Source: Lytechinus pictus (taxonomy: Eukaryota). Taken from it: a DNA stretch of 64,000 nt. This document shows, in pieces, positions 52,786-64,000 of the stretch (position 1 is its first letter; each line of letters opens with the position of its first letter). The stretch spans positions 33,606,001-33,670,000 of the forward strand of contig NC_087251.1 in the NCBI RefSeq assembly GCF_037042905.1, in the 5' to 3' direction. The translations under genes were made by a program, and so were the position numbers. The notes below the pieces were generated by a model that was not told the DNA's origin, ran no database searches, and saw only the letters and a list, made by a program, of their open reading frames with translations.

Positions 52786-53323
52786 CTGCAATAGAAAAGA
52801 AAATAAAAACATTTACAAACTAAGATTTCTTTCAAATTAACATTATTCTTATACAATATTCAGTGTTTATTAATAAATCAAACTCCCATCTCCATGGTTA
52901 AAACTTAAAAATTAAATACTAACTCTAAATGAAACTGATATTTTGATGATGTTTTCAATCAAACATACATTTGTAATGTTCATTATTGCTAACTTCGGTT
53001 TTAACAAGACCTAAAAGATGATTCGATACAGTTTCTTGGGTAATCAGTTGAAAAACAAAGGCATGACAAAGGTTTTCCTTTGATCAAGAACACTAATAAT
53101 CAACCACAAGATAAAGGTCTGGAACACTATTATTGCTCTATCTGATTTCTGTTGTCTATTCACGTGTAAAACAAATGAGAGATCCCCCGCCTAAATAGTC
53201 AAAGAGTTGTGGGTCAATTTTCTTTTAAGTAGTTCATCATTATAGTGACCATTAGAAATAATATTAATGTTTTGAAAACACACTACATTCACAGGGAACC
53301 AAAGGTATAATAACAGGGTACTG

Positions 53324-53570
53324 GGGCCCTGTCTTACAAAGAGTTGCGATTGATCCGATCAATCGCAACTATGGACTGCCAGCAATGTCAAAATCTATTA
53401 TGCATGTTTATTCAAAATATTTTCTAGCTATGATGTATGTTCATGCATTCATCATTGTCTTGAAAATTCGCTGTGCTTCTCTATTTCCTGTAGAAAAAAT
53501 TATGACACTGATGGATTTCCATAGAGTTACGATTGATTGGATCAATCGTAGCTCTTTGTAAGATGGAGCC
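53324..53570. mobile_element. Harbinger-like MITE with CTG TSD
   Basis: CTG|gggccctgtcttacaaagagttgcgattgatccgatcaatcgcaactatgga ... tccatagagttacgattgattggatcaatcgtagctctttgtaagatggagcc|CTG. Confidence 0.85.
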
Positions 53571-54159
53571 CTGGTAACATAGACCTTAGCAATTGATTGT
53601 GGGTCTGATTCTTATGATTGATCATACACATATCCCCTTTAATCCACAATAATAATACATATACATGAAATACATACAATGTTACATATCAATGTTTCAT
53701 AAGCAATGCAAATAACAACTGCCAACTAATATTCATACTGAAGTAACTGCCATTTTTAAAATTTAATTTGAACACTTTCTCTCTTACACATCAGCAAACT
53801 CAGGGGGTGAGAAAAATACATAGGTCAATGAGATACACAGTTATTGATGTCTACTGGAAATTATTTATATGATATGAACCCAGTCTCCATTTCAATTGCA
53901 ATTTCTTGGAATAAAAAGTACCGTCATATCTGATGCAAACAGGCAAACAGAATATAATGGCCGTAAAATAAAAATGAGGGTTGGACACAAATAAAGTACA
54001 GCAGGAAAAAGTTCATGCATGAAGAACCACCAGTACATAATGTAGGTTAACTTTGTAATATTACTTCTTCAGCCAACGGTAAGCCCTTTGTTTTTTTTTA
54101 GCGATTCTTTAATATTTTTTTACCAGCCCCTCTAAAGCTTTGGTAAAGGTTCAGTAATA

Positions 54160-54546
54160 CAGCGCGTGACACTGGCACTGGTCCGACAGTCCCAGACCAG
54201 TAAAACTTGCTGTCGGGCCAGTAACTTTTCAGAAATAGCCAGATTTACTGGTCTGACATGACCAGTAAAAAATATATCAAACTATTAATATAAATGATAT
54301 TTTCTCCTCTTTAGTAAATAACAAAAATGGCTTTGGCATCTTAAAAAATAGCTTTCCAAAAATGAGAAATAGTTCTCTTAAATTATGTTGTGTGTGTGTA
54401 TGTGTGTACTGTTTGTTAGTAAGTCCGGGGGGGGGGGGAATAAAAGACAGCAAAATAAACAAGTCTTTACTTATGTTTTTCCTTATTTTCGGGACCAGTA
54501 AATTTTAGGTTTGGACCAGTAAAAAATGGGTTAGTGTGGAGCCCTG
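54160..54546. mobile_element. hAT-like MITE with CCAGTAA subterminal repeats
   Basis: Right end agtgtggagccctg and degenerate left end cagcgcgtgacact, with several (ga)ccagtaa/ttactgg motifs near both ends. No clear TSD. Confidence 0.55.
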
Positions 54547-54859
54547 AAATATGAAATGAACTCAAAGTATCATTTATTCCGATATTACCATAGTGTACTG
54601 ATTATTAAATATTTCTGAGCAGTTAGAATTCAAATTTGGCATTTTTTTCAGCTATAGTATTAGAATTAAGATTTGGCATTGAGCATCCTCTCTAGGTAAT
54701 GTTTTTTTTTTTATAGGCTTCACCGATATGTTCACCGATATGAAGATTGTTCAAATTTTGAGCAGGGGACCGAAGCAAATTTTTGACATACATGCAAACA
54801 TAAAATTTCATTCTCGAAATACAGAAAACGATGTTGAGATGCACATGTATGCAGTCATG

Positions 54860-55305
54860 GATACTGTTCTCATTATACTTTCTTTAAACTAGTTTACTGA
54901 AAACCGGTTCAGGAAACCAGTTTGGAAGATCGCTTTGCTAGTGTTCCCATTTGTTCATCCGAAAGGGGTTTTCAAAACCACTTCACGTAAAGTGGTCTTG
55001 TTGCTATGGGAATGCTCTCAGTGGTGACATATTTCTCGTGAAATTCGAAACTGCAGCGTAGACATTCTACACACAGTGTGTGGAGAAGCATGCTCAAAAT
55101 GTTCGTAGATCGCTTACCAGAGAACGGTTGTCTTCATTTACGCTAAAACCAGTTTAACAAGGCAAAGCGATCTTGAGAACTACATCGCAAGGTGGTTTTC
55201 CGAAGTGGTTTGGAAGATCGCTTCTAAGACAGTTTCGACCGTTCTCTTTACACATTCAACTAGTTTCCACTAAACTAGTTTTAGGGATCTAATGAGAATG
55301 GGGTC
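54860..55305. mobile_element. PIF/Harbinger-like MITE with 3-bp ATG TSD
   Basis: ATG|gatactgttctcatta...aaactagttt and aaactagtttt...taatgagaatggggtc|ATG. The internal sequence gtttggaagatcgctt occurs twice. Confidence 0.65.
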
Positions 55306-55879
55306 ATGGTCAACTTCATATGATCTGAATTTAATAAAACGCATCAAATAAAAATGATATCCACTTCTTGACCCAGACTTTAAGTACAAGCTGATTAACC
55401 ACCGAGTTGACCACTGAGTGACCATTGGCTCACCACATGGTGAACCCTTGACCTTGATTGACTCAGCAGACTGGGTAATACTAGTCGAATCCAATGACAT
55501 AACTGTTAACAGTTAATTTTTTGGAGTGGCTCTCAATAGTGAGGTAATCAAAATACCCCATTCATGCTGGATTAACGTACAAACCATCACAATAAGGCCA
55601 GGTCAAACAATGCTCTCCACATCCTGGTCTATGAATGGTTACTAAAGTCATGCCAATATCATCAAAAGTCAAATATTGAGAAAATTTGTGAATTTTGAAG
55701 AAAAAAATTATTAGCAACAAAATGGGGATATATTTCACTGAGAAATATGCCTACATATTACGTTAGCTTGAGTAAAAACTATAGGCCTAGAGGGCTGATT
55801 ATTTTTAAGTATAATACAGGAAAGAAATAAAAGAAACATATTTAAACATTGTCCTAAATACTATATTAGGTAAATAAAG

Positions 55880-56060
55880 TATAAGAATAAGATGGTAAAA
55901 GGAGGAGCGAATAAGAAAGACAAGAAAGGGAAGGGTGCTAATGCATGAGAGAGAATGGGGGAAAAAAATGAAAAAGCAAGATGGAAGAAAGGAAAGGTAA
56001 AAGAGAGAAAGAGAAGAAAAAAAAAGAAATATAGTTAAGAAAGAAGGGAGAAAGAAAAAG
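55880..56060. repeat. GA-rich polypurine tract
   Basis: Base composition. Confidence 0.8.
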
Positions 56061-56076
56061 AGTCTGTATTTTGTCC

Positions 56077-56457
56077 AGACCTTTCCTGACCCCGTCCAAT
56101 CAGCAAGAAAGCTGTGACCCAGACATCAGATTACATAATCCCACTGACTGAAAGAATTAGCACCATGCTGAGAAAGGATAATAATGACCCAAACAATGCA
56201 CCCCTCTAAAACCTGTGTCAACAGAGCGGTGGAGTACAAAGCACTACATACACCATGGTGACCATGTATTCTACCCCCTAACCCCCCTTTCACACATTCA
56301 GTGGGAAGTGGTCAAGTGTAAATACCTCATCAAAGACTGCCCCAAGAGGGGTGTGTATGACCTCATATGAGGACAGATCAACCAGACTACGGGGTCACTT
56401 CAGGTCATTTGAGTAAGGGCAGTGGAGAGAGAGAGAGTTGTCTGACCAGAATGACCT
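56077..56457. promoter_or_regulatory. Cluster of nuclear-receptor response elements (candidate enhancer)
   Basis: AGACCT-TTCC-TGACCC 56077-56092 (imperfect DR4, minus strand); TGACCT-CATATG-AGGACA 56358-56375 (ER6); GGGTCA-CTTC-AGGTCA 56392-56407 (perfect DR4); TGACCA-GAA-TGACCT 56443-56457 (DR3); further single TGACC half-sites. Confidence 0.45.
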
Positions 56458-56569
56458 GCTATATAAATGCCCTAATGATTGATTATCCTCAGATAGGGCA
56501 TGATGATACAAATTGTGTCCAACAGAGTGGACTGATCTCATCACCAAGGGAATGGACTGCTGGAGACTC

Positions 56570-56950
56570 CATCTTTTTACCTTATTTTTCATTATTTTGC
56601 CACGTTCACTTCCTAGTTGTCTCTTCTCTTTAAAGCTCCTTTCTCTGGCTAATAAATATATATCTTCCCAGATATTGCTTGCATTTCTCCCTCATATTTA
56701 TTTCTTTCTTTTTTTCTGTCATTACTGCCAACCCCTTCTTCATTTTCTTTTCTTCTTTTGTCTTTTTTTTTCATGTTCAAAATTTTCCTTCCTTTAGTAC
56801 TTTTCTCCAAAGCTTTTCACTAACATTATTCTCACTCTTAATTTTTCTCTTATTCTGTCATTTTATCTTCACCTCTACTTTCTGTTATGTCTTCATTCTT
56901 TTCAATACCTGCCCTTTCTAAATGATTTCTCTCTTAACTTCTTGTTTCCC
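56570..56950. repeat. CT-rich polypyrimidine tract
   Basis: Base composition; source of spurious F/L/S-rich ORFs. Confidence 0.8.
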
Positions 56951-57155
56951 TCTGTCCAAAAAAGATTCTGTAAAAAGTCCATGACTTTTCAAACACTACC
57001 AGTCTGTGACAGACTCCTCATCAAAAGTGATCTCCAATTGCCATAAAATTGGATACTGCTAGAACCACTATTACAGCTTTGCCAACAGATTTATCACACA
57101 AAACATATGAGAAAGCACAGATTTTAGGTGTCAAATCATTCCACTAAAGTCATCA

Positions 57156-57294
57156 AAGGACATTTCATGAAACAAAGCAGTCAGTGAAAATGATTTTCAC
57201 TGACTAATGTTGTAAGCTACTGAAATCCTTGTGCCTGATTGGCTCAAAACAAATCGATCAGTGAAAATCACCAACTGCTTCATGAAATTCTCCC
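57156..57294. mobile_element. Harbinger-like MITE
   Basis: aaggacatttcatgaa ... ttcatgaaattctccc|CAG, with core gctactgaaatccttgtgcctgattggct. Confidence 0.7.
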
Positions 57295-58029
57295 CAGGGC
57301 CAGGTTATTTCCCTTCAATACTACTGCAGATGGTAATTTCTTACAAATATATCACTTTGTTTCTCTCTCAATGTACTCATAAAAAGAAGAAGATTGTGTG
57401 ATAAAGGCAAAAATAAATCAAGTAACAGCTAAAGGTAGAAGAGAGTTGACAAACTTCATCAATCAATCAGTATCAAATTCAGTCCTTGTTTCATATGTGC
57501 CAAACAGTGAAAATGCATGTGCATATACATATATGAGTAGTCATATTTCTTATGTGTGTCAAAAAGGCTTTTCATGAAGCTATTTGCATCGTTATTATAC
57601 AAGAATTTTGTCTGCCATAATAACAGGTGACATTATACAATGCCCATACATGTATATCGTACAATCTCTGTACGATTTCGATAATATGTTATTTTAACCT
57701 AATGATTTCCATAATACCATCATGCAAACTCCGTACATGTACATATGGCCTCTGTATGACTTTATCTTTGGCCCTTTGACAATGCCCATCACATGAGAAT
57801 GTAATATGTATGATACTCATAAACAATGTAAATTAAAAAAAAATCATATCCCATAGTTGCCCTCTAAAAATTGTAGACTAATCCACCGCAAAATTATCGT
57901 AGCACTAAATGTACATTTGGCATAAAGTTCTGAAGCTATATTTTCTTTAAAGTAAATATTTAAAACAAAAAATACAAAATAAAAATTTCAAAAGTTTTGA
58001 AATCCTTTCCCTTCATTGAATCAGAATAA

Positions 58030-58197
58030 GTCTGGAAGCAATTGAGTCTTAGAACTCTTGTTGGAATGCTCCTCAAGGAGTGGAGAATGTGCATGCATTG
58101 TGTGCGGACATGCAAGGATCCGATGACCTGGGTAATAATAATAATTACAATGTAAAAGTGCTTAGAAACACAAAGAATTAAGCGCTATATAAATGTG
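58030..58197 (+). mobile_element. 3' part of a SINE-like retroelement
   Basis: atgctcctcaaggagtggagaatgtgcat ... tgtaaaagtgcttagaaa ... aagcgctatataaatg resembles the central domain and LINE-derived tail of invertebrate tRNA-SINEs. No A/B-box head is visible. Confidence 0.5.
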
Positions 58198-60271
58198 ACC
58201 TAAATCTATCTATTCTTATAAGAACATATAGCACCAACCAGTCAAATTATAGCAAAACAGAAAGACAGCAACTCTCCATTGAAATTTGCCACATCGCTTC
58301 TCTCCACGCACTCCAAATCCTCACATTTAAAAAATGTATTTAGAGAGTGTATTTCATGATATTAGCCCCGGGTAAATAACAGGGTCACAATGAGACAAAA
58401 AGAAATAAATGCTAAAAAGAAAAATAATGAAGAGTGATATTAGGAAAAGAGCACTCTGAGATATTTGCTTCTCAAGAAGATACCTGCAAGCATACCACTT
58501 AATGTATTTAATTTCGGAGTGCATTAGAAAATTAGAAATGTAATGGGAGCGTAATGCGCCCTTACCTTCTCATCTGCGAATGTGGAAATTTGATTTCTGC
58601 GCATTATGCCACATACCCATCCCCTTAATTACATAAAATGCCTTCAGTAAATCAGGAGCAGTTTTGGGAGATATGATTGTTATGGATTTTCGCCAGTTCG
58701 AGATTTAATCAGCGGTGTGGAGTTGTGAAGGGCATTTGGGGTGGGTTGCATGACACAGATTCCACCAAAACTTGCTACTTTCAAGGATGTTATCTTTCTT
58801 TATTTATTTTTTACTTTGAATGAACCGTTTGAATTTTGGGTAGGAACACCAGAATGGAAAGAGAGAGAGAAAAGAATTTATTGGTAAAGCTTCCTCAAAT
58901 TCCACATTATAAATAATAGTCAAGATTTCCAACATGTCTCATTTAAGCTCTTATCTTTTTCTCTTATAATGACACTGTTGACATCGTGTCACGTTTAGCC
59001 ACCATACATTAAGCCTAATACAGGAATGCATGTAAATTAAAATATAACAATTTTTTCCAAATATCAGTCATAACACCATTATTTTAAACAAAGTATTTGT
59101 TCATATATAGAGCTCACAGGCTCTAACAGGAGGTGGGGGGACATTCAAATGAAACAGTGTTTTGAAAATTTATTGCAATTCAAAGAAAAAAAAAACCTGA
59201 CGTTTACACTGGAAGGGTGACTTTGATGTTGAAGTCATCGGGAGTAACAGTGCTGTCCTGCTGTTCCGCAAGGCAGTCTCAAACAAATGTCAAGGTAAAA
59301 TACGCCTGTTTATGCATCACAGAGCATTCAAGCTCAAACTCACACGCTCTTCGACTGAGCACCAACCTACTCTCCGCCCCTTTCCCTTGTTTTTATCCTT
59401 TCAAAAATCATTGATTGCAACTGACACTGACAAATGTAGCACTGATATAATTCCTTCTTTTTGTCCGACCCAGCGGACGCACCATACAGGCAGAAAATGC
59501 TCTACTGCCAAGTGTACATTACCTTCCAGCCTTTTAGACTTGAGCAAAATACAGTTCCTATATAATAGGTATCCTTCAGAAACGAGCTACTCATTCAAAG
59601 GCTATTGTACGCTCTTTTAGATGGAAATTCAGTTAGTATTGAGAGCAGTAAACATATATGAAGACTATGCCAACAAAGAAGTTGGGAGAACCATTACTGT
59701 ATGATTTAGTTTGTATTTCTCGCTAAGTGCATGCTGATTCTCTTTTATGTAAATCCAAGGTTAGGGTTTAATAATAGTCTCATTTTCACAGCATGCTGTA
59801 TATGTATCTACCTTGGATGTATCAGTTACTGATTCTTCCTTTAAATTTTACCTACTTGAATGAGCAATATCTACAAATTTATAAACAGTATGTGTTAGGC
59901 TTTGTGACAGTCAGTGGCAGTGTAACCAGAGGGGTGGGACCAACTTTTCAAGACAATATTTTATATTTTTTATCAATCAAATGATTAATACTACTGTTAA
60001 TAGGTGGATTCAGCTTTGAATGCAATAAAAGTGCTCAAATTGTCCCAAATTTGTTTTTTCTAAAAATGCAAATTTTCTTGGCCAGAAAGAAAAATTCCTA
60101 CATTTGGAATTTTCGCAGAGGTAATATCTGTTGTGTCATGAGAGTATGGGTATAAGGAGTTCATTCATGAAATTTGTAAAATTCCAATGCGTTTTAAATA
60201 TGGTTATAATTTAAACATAAAAAACCAATCAAAACGTTCTTTAAATAAAATGTGAAAGGGGGGATCATATC

Positions 60272-60340
60272 CCATCATCTTTATCATCAACATTATCATC
60301 ATAATTACCATCATCATAATTACCCTCATCACCATCTTCA
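60272..60340. repeat. Degenerate (CAT)n repeat
   Basis: catcat/atcatc units, including the duplicated atcatcataattacc. Confidence 0.7.
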
Positions 60341-60683
60341 ACAGTAGAAAGAATAGAAAACCAGTTTAAACTTAAAGTTTCTGAGAATTTATTCAAATGG
60401 ATACATCATCCCCTTTTATTGTGTCCTGTAGTGCTTGTATTTTACATAAAATCTTTCGCCTTGTACTCATAAGTATCATTATGCTCAATGTCATTTTCTT
60501 TAAGAATTTCTCTGTAAAGTGTCCAAGGTCATCATAAATCCTAGAGCACTCTAATAAAAAAGTAAATTAGCATAAAAGTAGCACGGATCTGCTACAGTTA
60601 CTGAATGCTTGTGGTGCGGACTATTTTAATGCAGGCCTTGTGCAGACCAAAAATCATGAGTTACTGAAAATGATATTAGACAA

Positions 60684-61442
60684 TAGGGCTGTTATCGATA
60701 TCATCTTTCGGGAGTCCTGTCGATAATCGCTTGTTTTTTGCCACTTAGCGATATCGATAACCTTTCTCTTGTTGTCGATAATAACCGCTATTATGTAGGA
60801 ACACAGTGATTTTCTGTGATTTCACGGAAAACATATTTTTCCTCAAACTGCAAAGAACAGCAACAGAAATTACTCCAAAATCTCAACAAAATACTAGCCA
60901 CAAAACACGATCTTACCCCCACTTCGCTATTATTCTAGCGAAGTGGGGGTGAGATCGTGACAATCCAAACATCGCGACTGCACTCGACTCCATTCGATCG
61001 ATTTGAAAACATCACAGGCGCAAGTAGTACCAAAGTACCAACTAACCTAGAAGGCAGCTAGCACACAGCCGTGTGTTATGTTGCTGCCCTCTACTTTCGA
61101 AGATGTACAGCACAATATCAAAATGGTGGATAGGCGAAAGACGTTGACTGCTCAGAACGATGTTAAAAATCCCAAAAATTATCGATAAAACTTCATCCAA
61201 CCCTAAAATAATGCTAATAATGTGAAAGGTGATGATGTATTTATGCTAAATATGTTTGTTAAAAGATGTTATGTAGTCATTTACATCCGATGAACGTGGT
61301 TTTTAAAGCGTTCTTGGTACAAAGGCAGATACAAATTTTGACCAACGCTAGTATGTGAGATCGCTATAATGCATAAAAATTGCGTATTGATTACTTTTTA
61401 GCATGATATTGACAGAGAATTTTCTCAACGATAACAGCCCTA
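60684..61442. mobile_element. Non-autonomous hAT transposon (759 bp)
   Basis: 14-bp perfect TIR TAGGGCTGTTATCG / CGATAACAGCCCTA and 8-bp TSD TTAGACAA / TTAGATAA (7 of 8 match). Subterminal tcgata motifs are present. Confidence 0.88.
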
Positions 61443-61871
61443 TTAGATAATCTCTCCAAGTTTCCATTCTGTAGCAAAGGGGAAAAAATGAAGCAAATTG
61501 GTGAGGAATTTATATGTACATTATCACAAAATAATCCAGTCCTCAAAATATCACTTCTACCGACTTCAATAAACTTAAAGAAAATGTTGGTATTTTTTCT
61601 TAAAAAGTAACCTTTGACCATACACAGAATTTTAGCATGGATTACTCAAAAAATTCTTTAGTCCATGCCTGGTGTTTCTAAAAGCAGCACTAAAATAGTG
61701 CAGACTATTTTTTTCATTGCCTGCCCCTTTCAGCTATTGACATTTGTATAATCAGATAATAAGTACTGACCAGGCATGGACCAGAGATTTAGTGAAAGAG
61801 ATATAATCAAAGCTAAGCTTGAAATTATTTGATCATTAATAGGAGTTATTCAAGACAACATGAAATTCAGG

Positions 61872-62107
61872 GCCTTTTCACACGTAAATCTTGAATCATC
61901 ATCACACGTGAATCTTGAATCATCATCACACGTGAATCTTGAATCATCATTGTAATGATGATTGCGATTGTCATCGTGACTATGATTAGCGTTCGTGATT
62001 CTAATCATGTTCTAGTTTGGTTTCACACGTGTGAAATATTTGTCATTAGCCTTATTTTTCACTGGAATCATCATTCAAATTACAATTTTTTTACCGTGTG
62101 AAAGGGC
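61872..62107. mobile_element. MITE with internal 3x24-bp tandem repeat
   Basis: TIR gccttttcacacg / cgtgtgaaagggc; tcacacgt(a/g)aatcttgaatcatca three times at 61878-61949. Confidence 0.75.
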
Positions 62108-64000
62108 GGTCATAGACATTAAGAACAATATTGAGACAATTTTGTTTCTTGTTCACTCCTCTGCTACATCATCTTGCTGTACTTCTGTTGATAACAAGAA
62201 CATTCTGAAAAATTTATTCAAACAAGTGGATAGTTTTGGTTTCATTACAAGACAAATATTCAGTCAAAACCTCTAAACATTCTCTTGATTGAATTCATTC
62301 ATGCATCTCTCCCAGTTTTAAAACCATGGATCTGAATTCATTTTGGTTAAATTAATACCGGATTTATGTCACTATCTCTCCCCAGAGATCTCAGAGATTT
62401 GCATGATACATTCAAACGTCCCGATGACAAGATGAAAGCTGGATTATGTGATGTAAAAACATGAAGTAGTGCAATGTACATTAAGAACGCAAAAAGGGAG
62501 TCAAGAATTATTCAAGGCACGAGAGACAGGGAGACAGATAAAAGTGTAAAATGTGAACGTAATCATGCTGGAGAAAGGGCAATGAGCTGTGAGCGGCAGT
62601 AAATCAGAAGGAAAGATTAAGCTTCAGAGGAATCAAGAAGATGATCAAAGAAAACTCTTTAACATCCCTATCTCCTCCCTCACTCACTCTCTCTCCCTCT
62701 CTGGTTGTCTCCAAGAGCATTCCTCATAATCATATCAATCACTGGAATAGTGAAGCCTTTCTGAAACGGACAGAGTGTCTAACGACTTGCTAAGTATGCA
62801 GAGTTTGCCTACACCCCTGCTGTGATTTCAAAGCTGTAATATAATAAAGCCAGACAAATGCGCAGAACACCACAGCAATTAGCATTTGTCAGGTTTTTCC
62901 GTGTGGCTTTTCTCCAAAAGCTAAGAAAGACAAAGAGGCAGAAAGGCGTGTGCTTTTGATGTAAACCCATAACAGATGACTGAGATGCTCAACACCTCTC
63001 AAATATTGATTTTTGCTGATTTTTTCCCCTTAAAAACGTCCTAGCTTGTCTTTGTATATTCTGTGTAGCATTATGGTCTGCTTGGCTGCCATGTAGGAAG
63101 AAATGCCTAACTAAAGCTGCATGTGCACAGATCTTTAGCTAAGGAACACATTATGAATTAGATTCAGCTTGTACTTGATAATTTGTAAACTCATTAATTC
63201 AAGAGTATTCATAAGTCTTCGGCCAAGGTTGAAGATGAGGCATCCAAACATTTTAGGCCGGGCTCAGCCGCGGCTTTTTTCACTGTAAACGGGGTCTCTG
63301 TGACCTTTCTGACTTTTGAACTTTAAGCTTGTGACCCCAATACCTACTCTGATCATTCTTCTGATATGTATAATTGACCCAAATTTGAAGTTGATTTTTC
63401 AAACGGTCTGTTATCAAAAGAACGAACATGGACGACCACAAACATGCCTCTGGCAACCGCTTATTGGGAATGAAGGCAAAAAAAAATGCTAGTTTGAAAT
63501 AAAACACTATTCGGTAGGGTGTTTCATTATAAAACTTTATATTTTCTTTACTTATGTATTTTTTACACATAACAATTCTGCTTTTCAGCCTCTTAGATAA
63601 GTCCTGCCTAACAAACAGAAAAAATATTACGCAGGGGCTCCGCGATTTCACCCCAAAATACTCAAAGAGTCCTGGAAAATCCTGCTCAACTGCAATGTTA
63701 AAGCTTATCCAATAAAGCAGACTTAGGCAGTAGGTTGTGAAAAGAAGCCCCTGAAAATAAACATTTTGCCTGCAAAAAACACTACTAAGTCTGAAGAGAA
63801 GACTATCACGTTAGCCAGAGTCGGCCAAAGGCAGCCAGCGTCTAATACGCATTACCAATTGATGTCCACTCATGCATGACCATTGAAGGCATTGATCGGC
63901 CAGGTTTCTATTGACCTTGAATTTCACACGCACCGCACAGTTGCAGCACCACAAATTATTACTGCTATGGGACTAGAAGTTACTCTGACAGTCATTCGGG

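Noticed and set aside
60546..61790. Older CACTCT-ended element split by the hAT insertion, including the 19-bp inverted repeat at 61656-61787
   Set aside because: No convincing right terminus or TSD could be defined.
63255..63450. TGACCT/TGACTT/TGAACT run as a hormone-response cluster
   Set aside because: It looks like a fragment of a tgacct-rich interspersed repeat, so it was not counted among the direct-repeat elements.
1049..63651. The supplied 60-168 aa ORFs as standalone genes
   Set aside because: They are short, many have non-ATG starts, and many derive from low-complexity or repeat sequence. None shows a domain I recognise.

Overview
AT-rich eukaryotic (animal) genomic DNA with no long ORF and no prokaryotic features. 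Frequent poly-G/poly-C runs, GA/CT tracts and the style of the non-autonomous DNA transposons suggest a marine invertebrate, plausibly a sea urchin (inference only). The window looks like the 5' region and a very long intron of one minus-strand gene. Candidate parts are a non-coding exon (52785-52679), a TATA/Inr-like promoter near 48800, and a first coding exon (46127-46027, MPVDPIPSVSSHSSQEGEYTKIEDSIHPPSKRS-) that I cannot assign to a gene. No convincing next coding exon is visible in the following ~46 kb. The rest alternates between transposon relics (Kolobok-, hAT-, Sola2-, piggyBac-, Harbinger- and CACTA-like, several with recognisable TSDs and some nested) and GC-richer unique islands. 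The most notable unexplained signal is an apparent excess of nuclear-receptor response elements: two perfect DR4s (one directly beside the candidate TATA box), an ER6/DR4/DR3 cluster, perfect DR0 and DR2 elements, and six consensus ROREs. All motif counts were made by eye.
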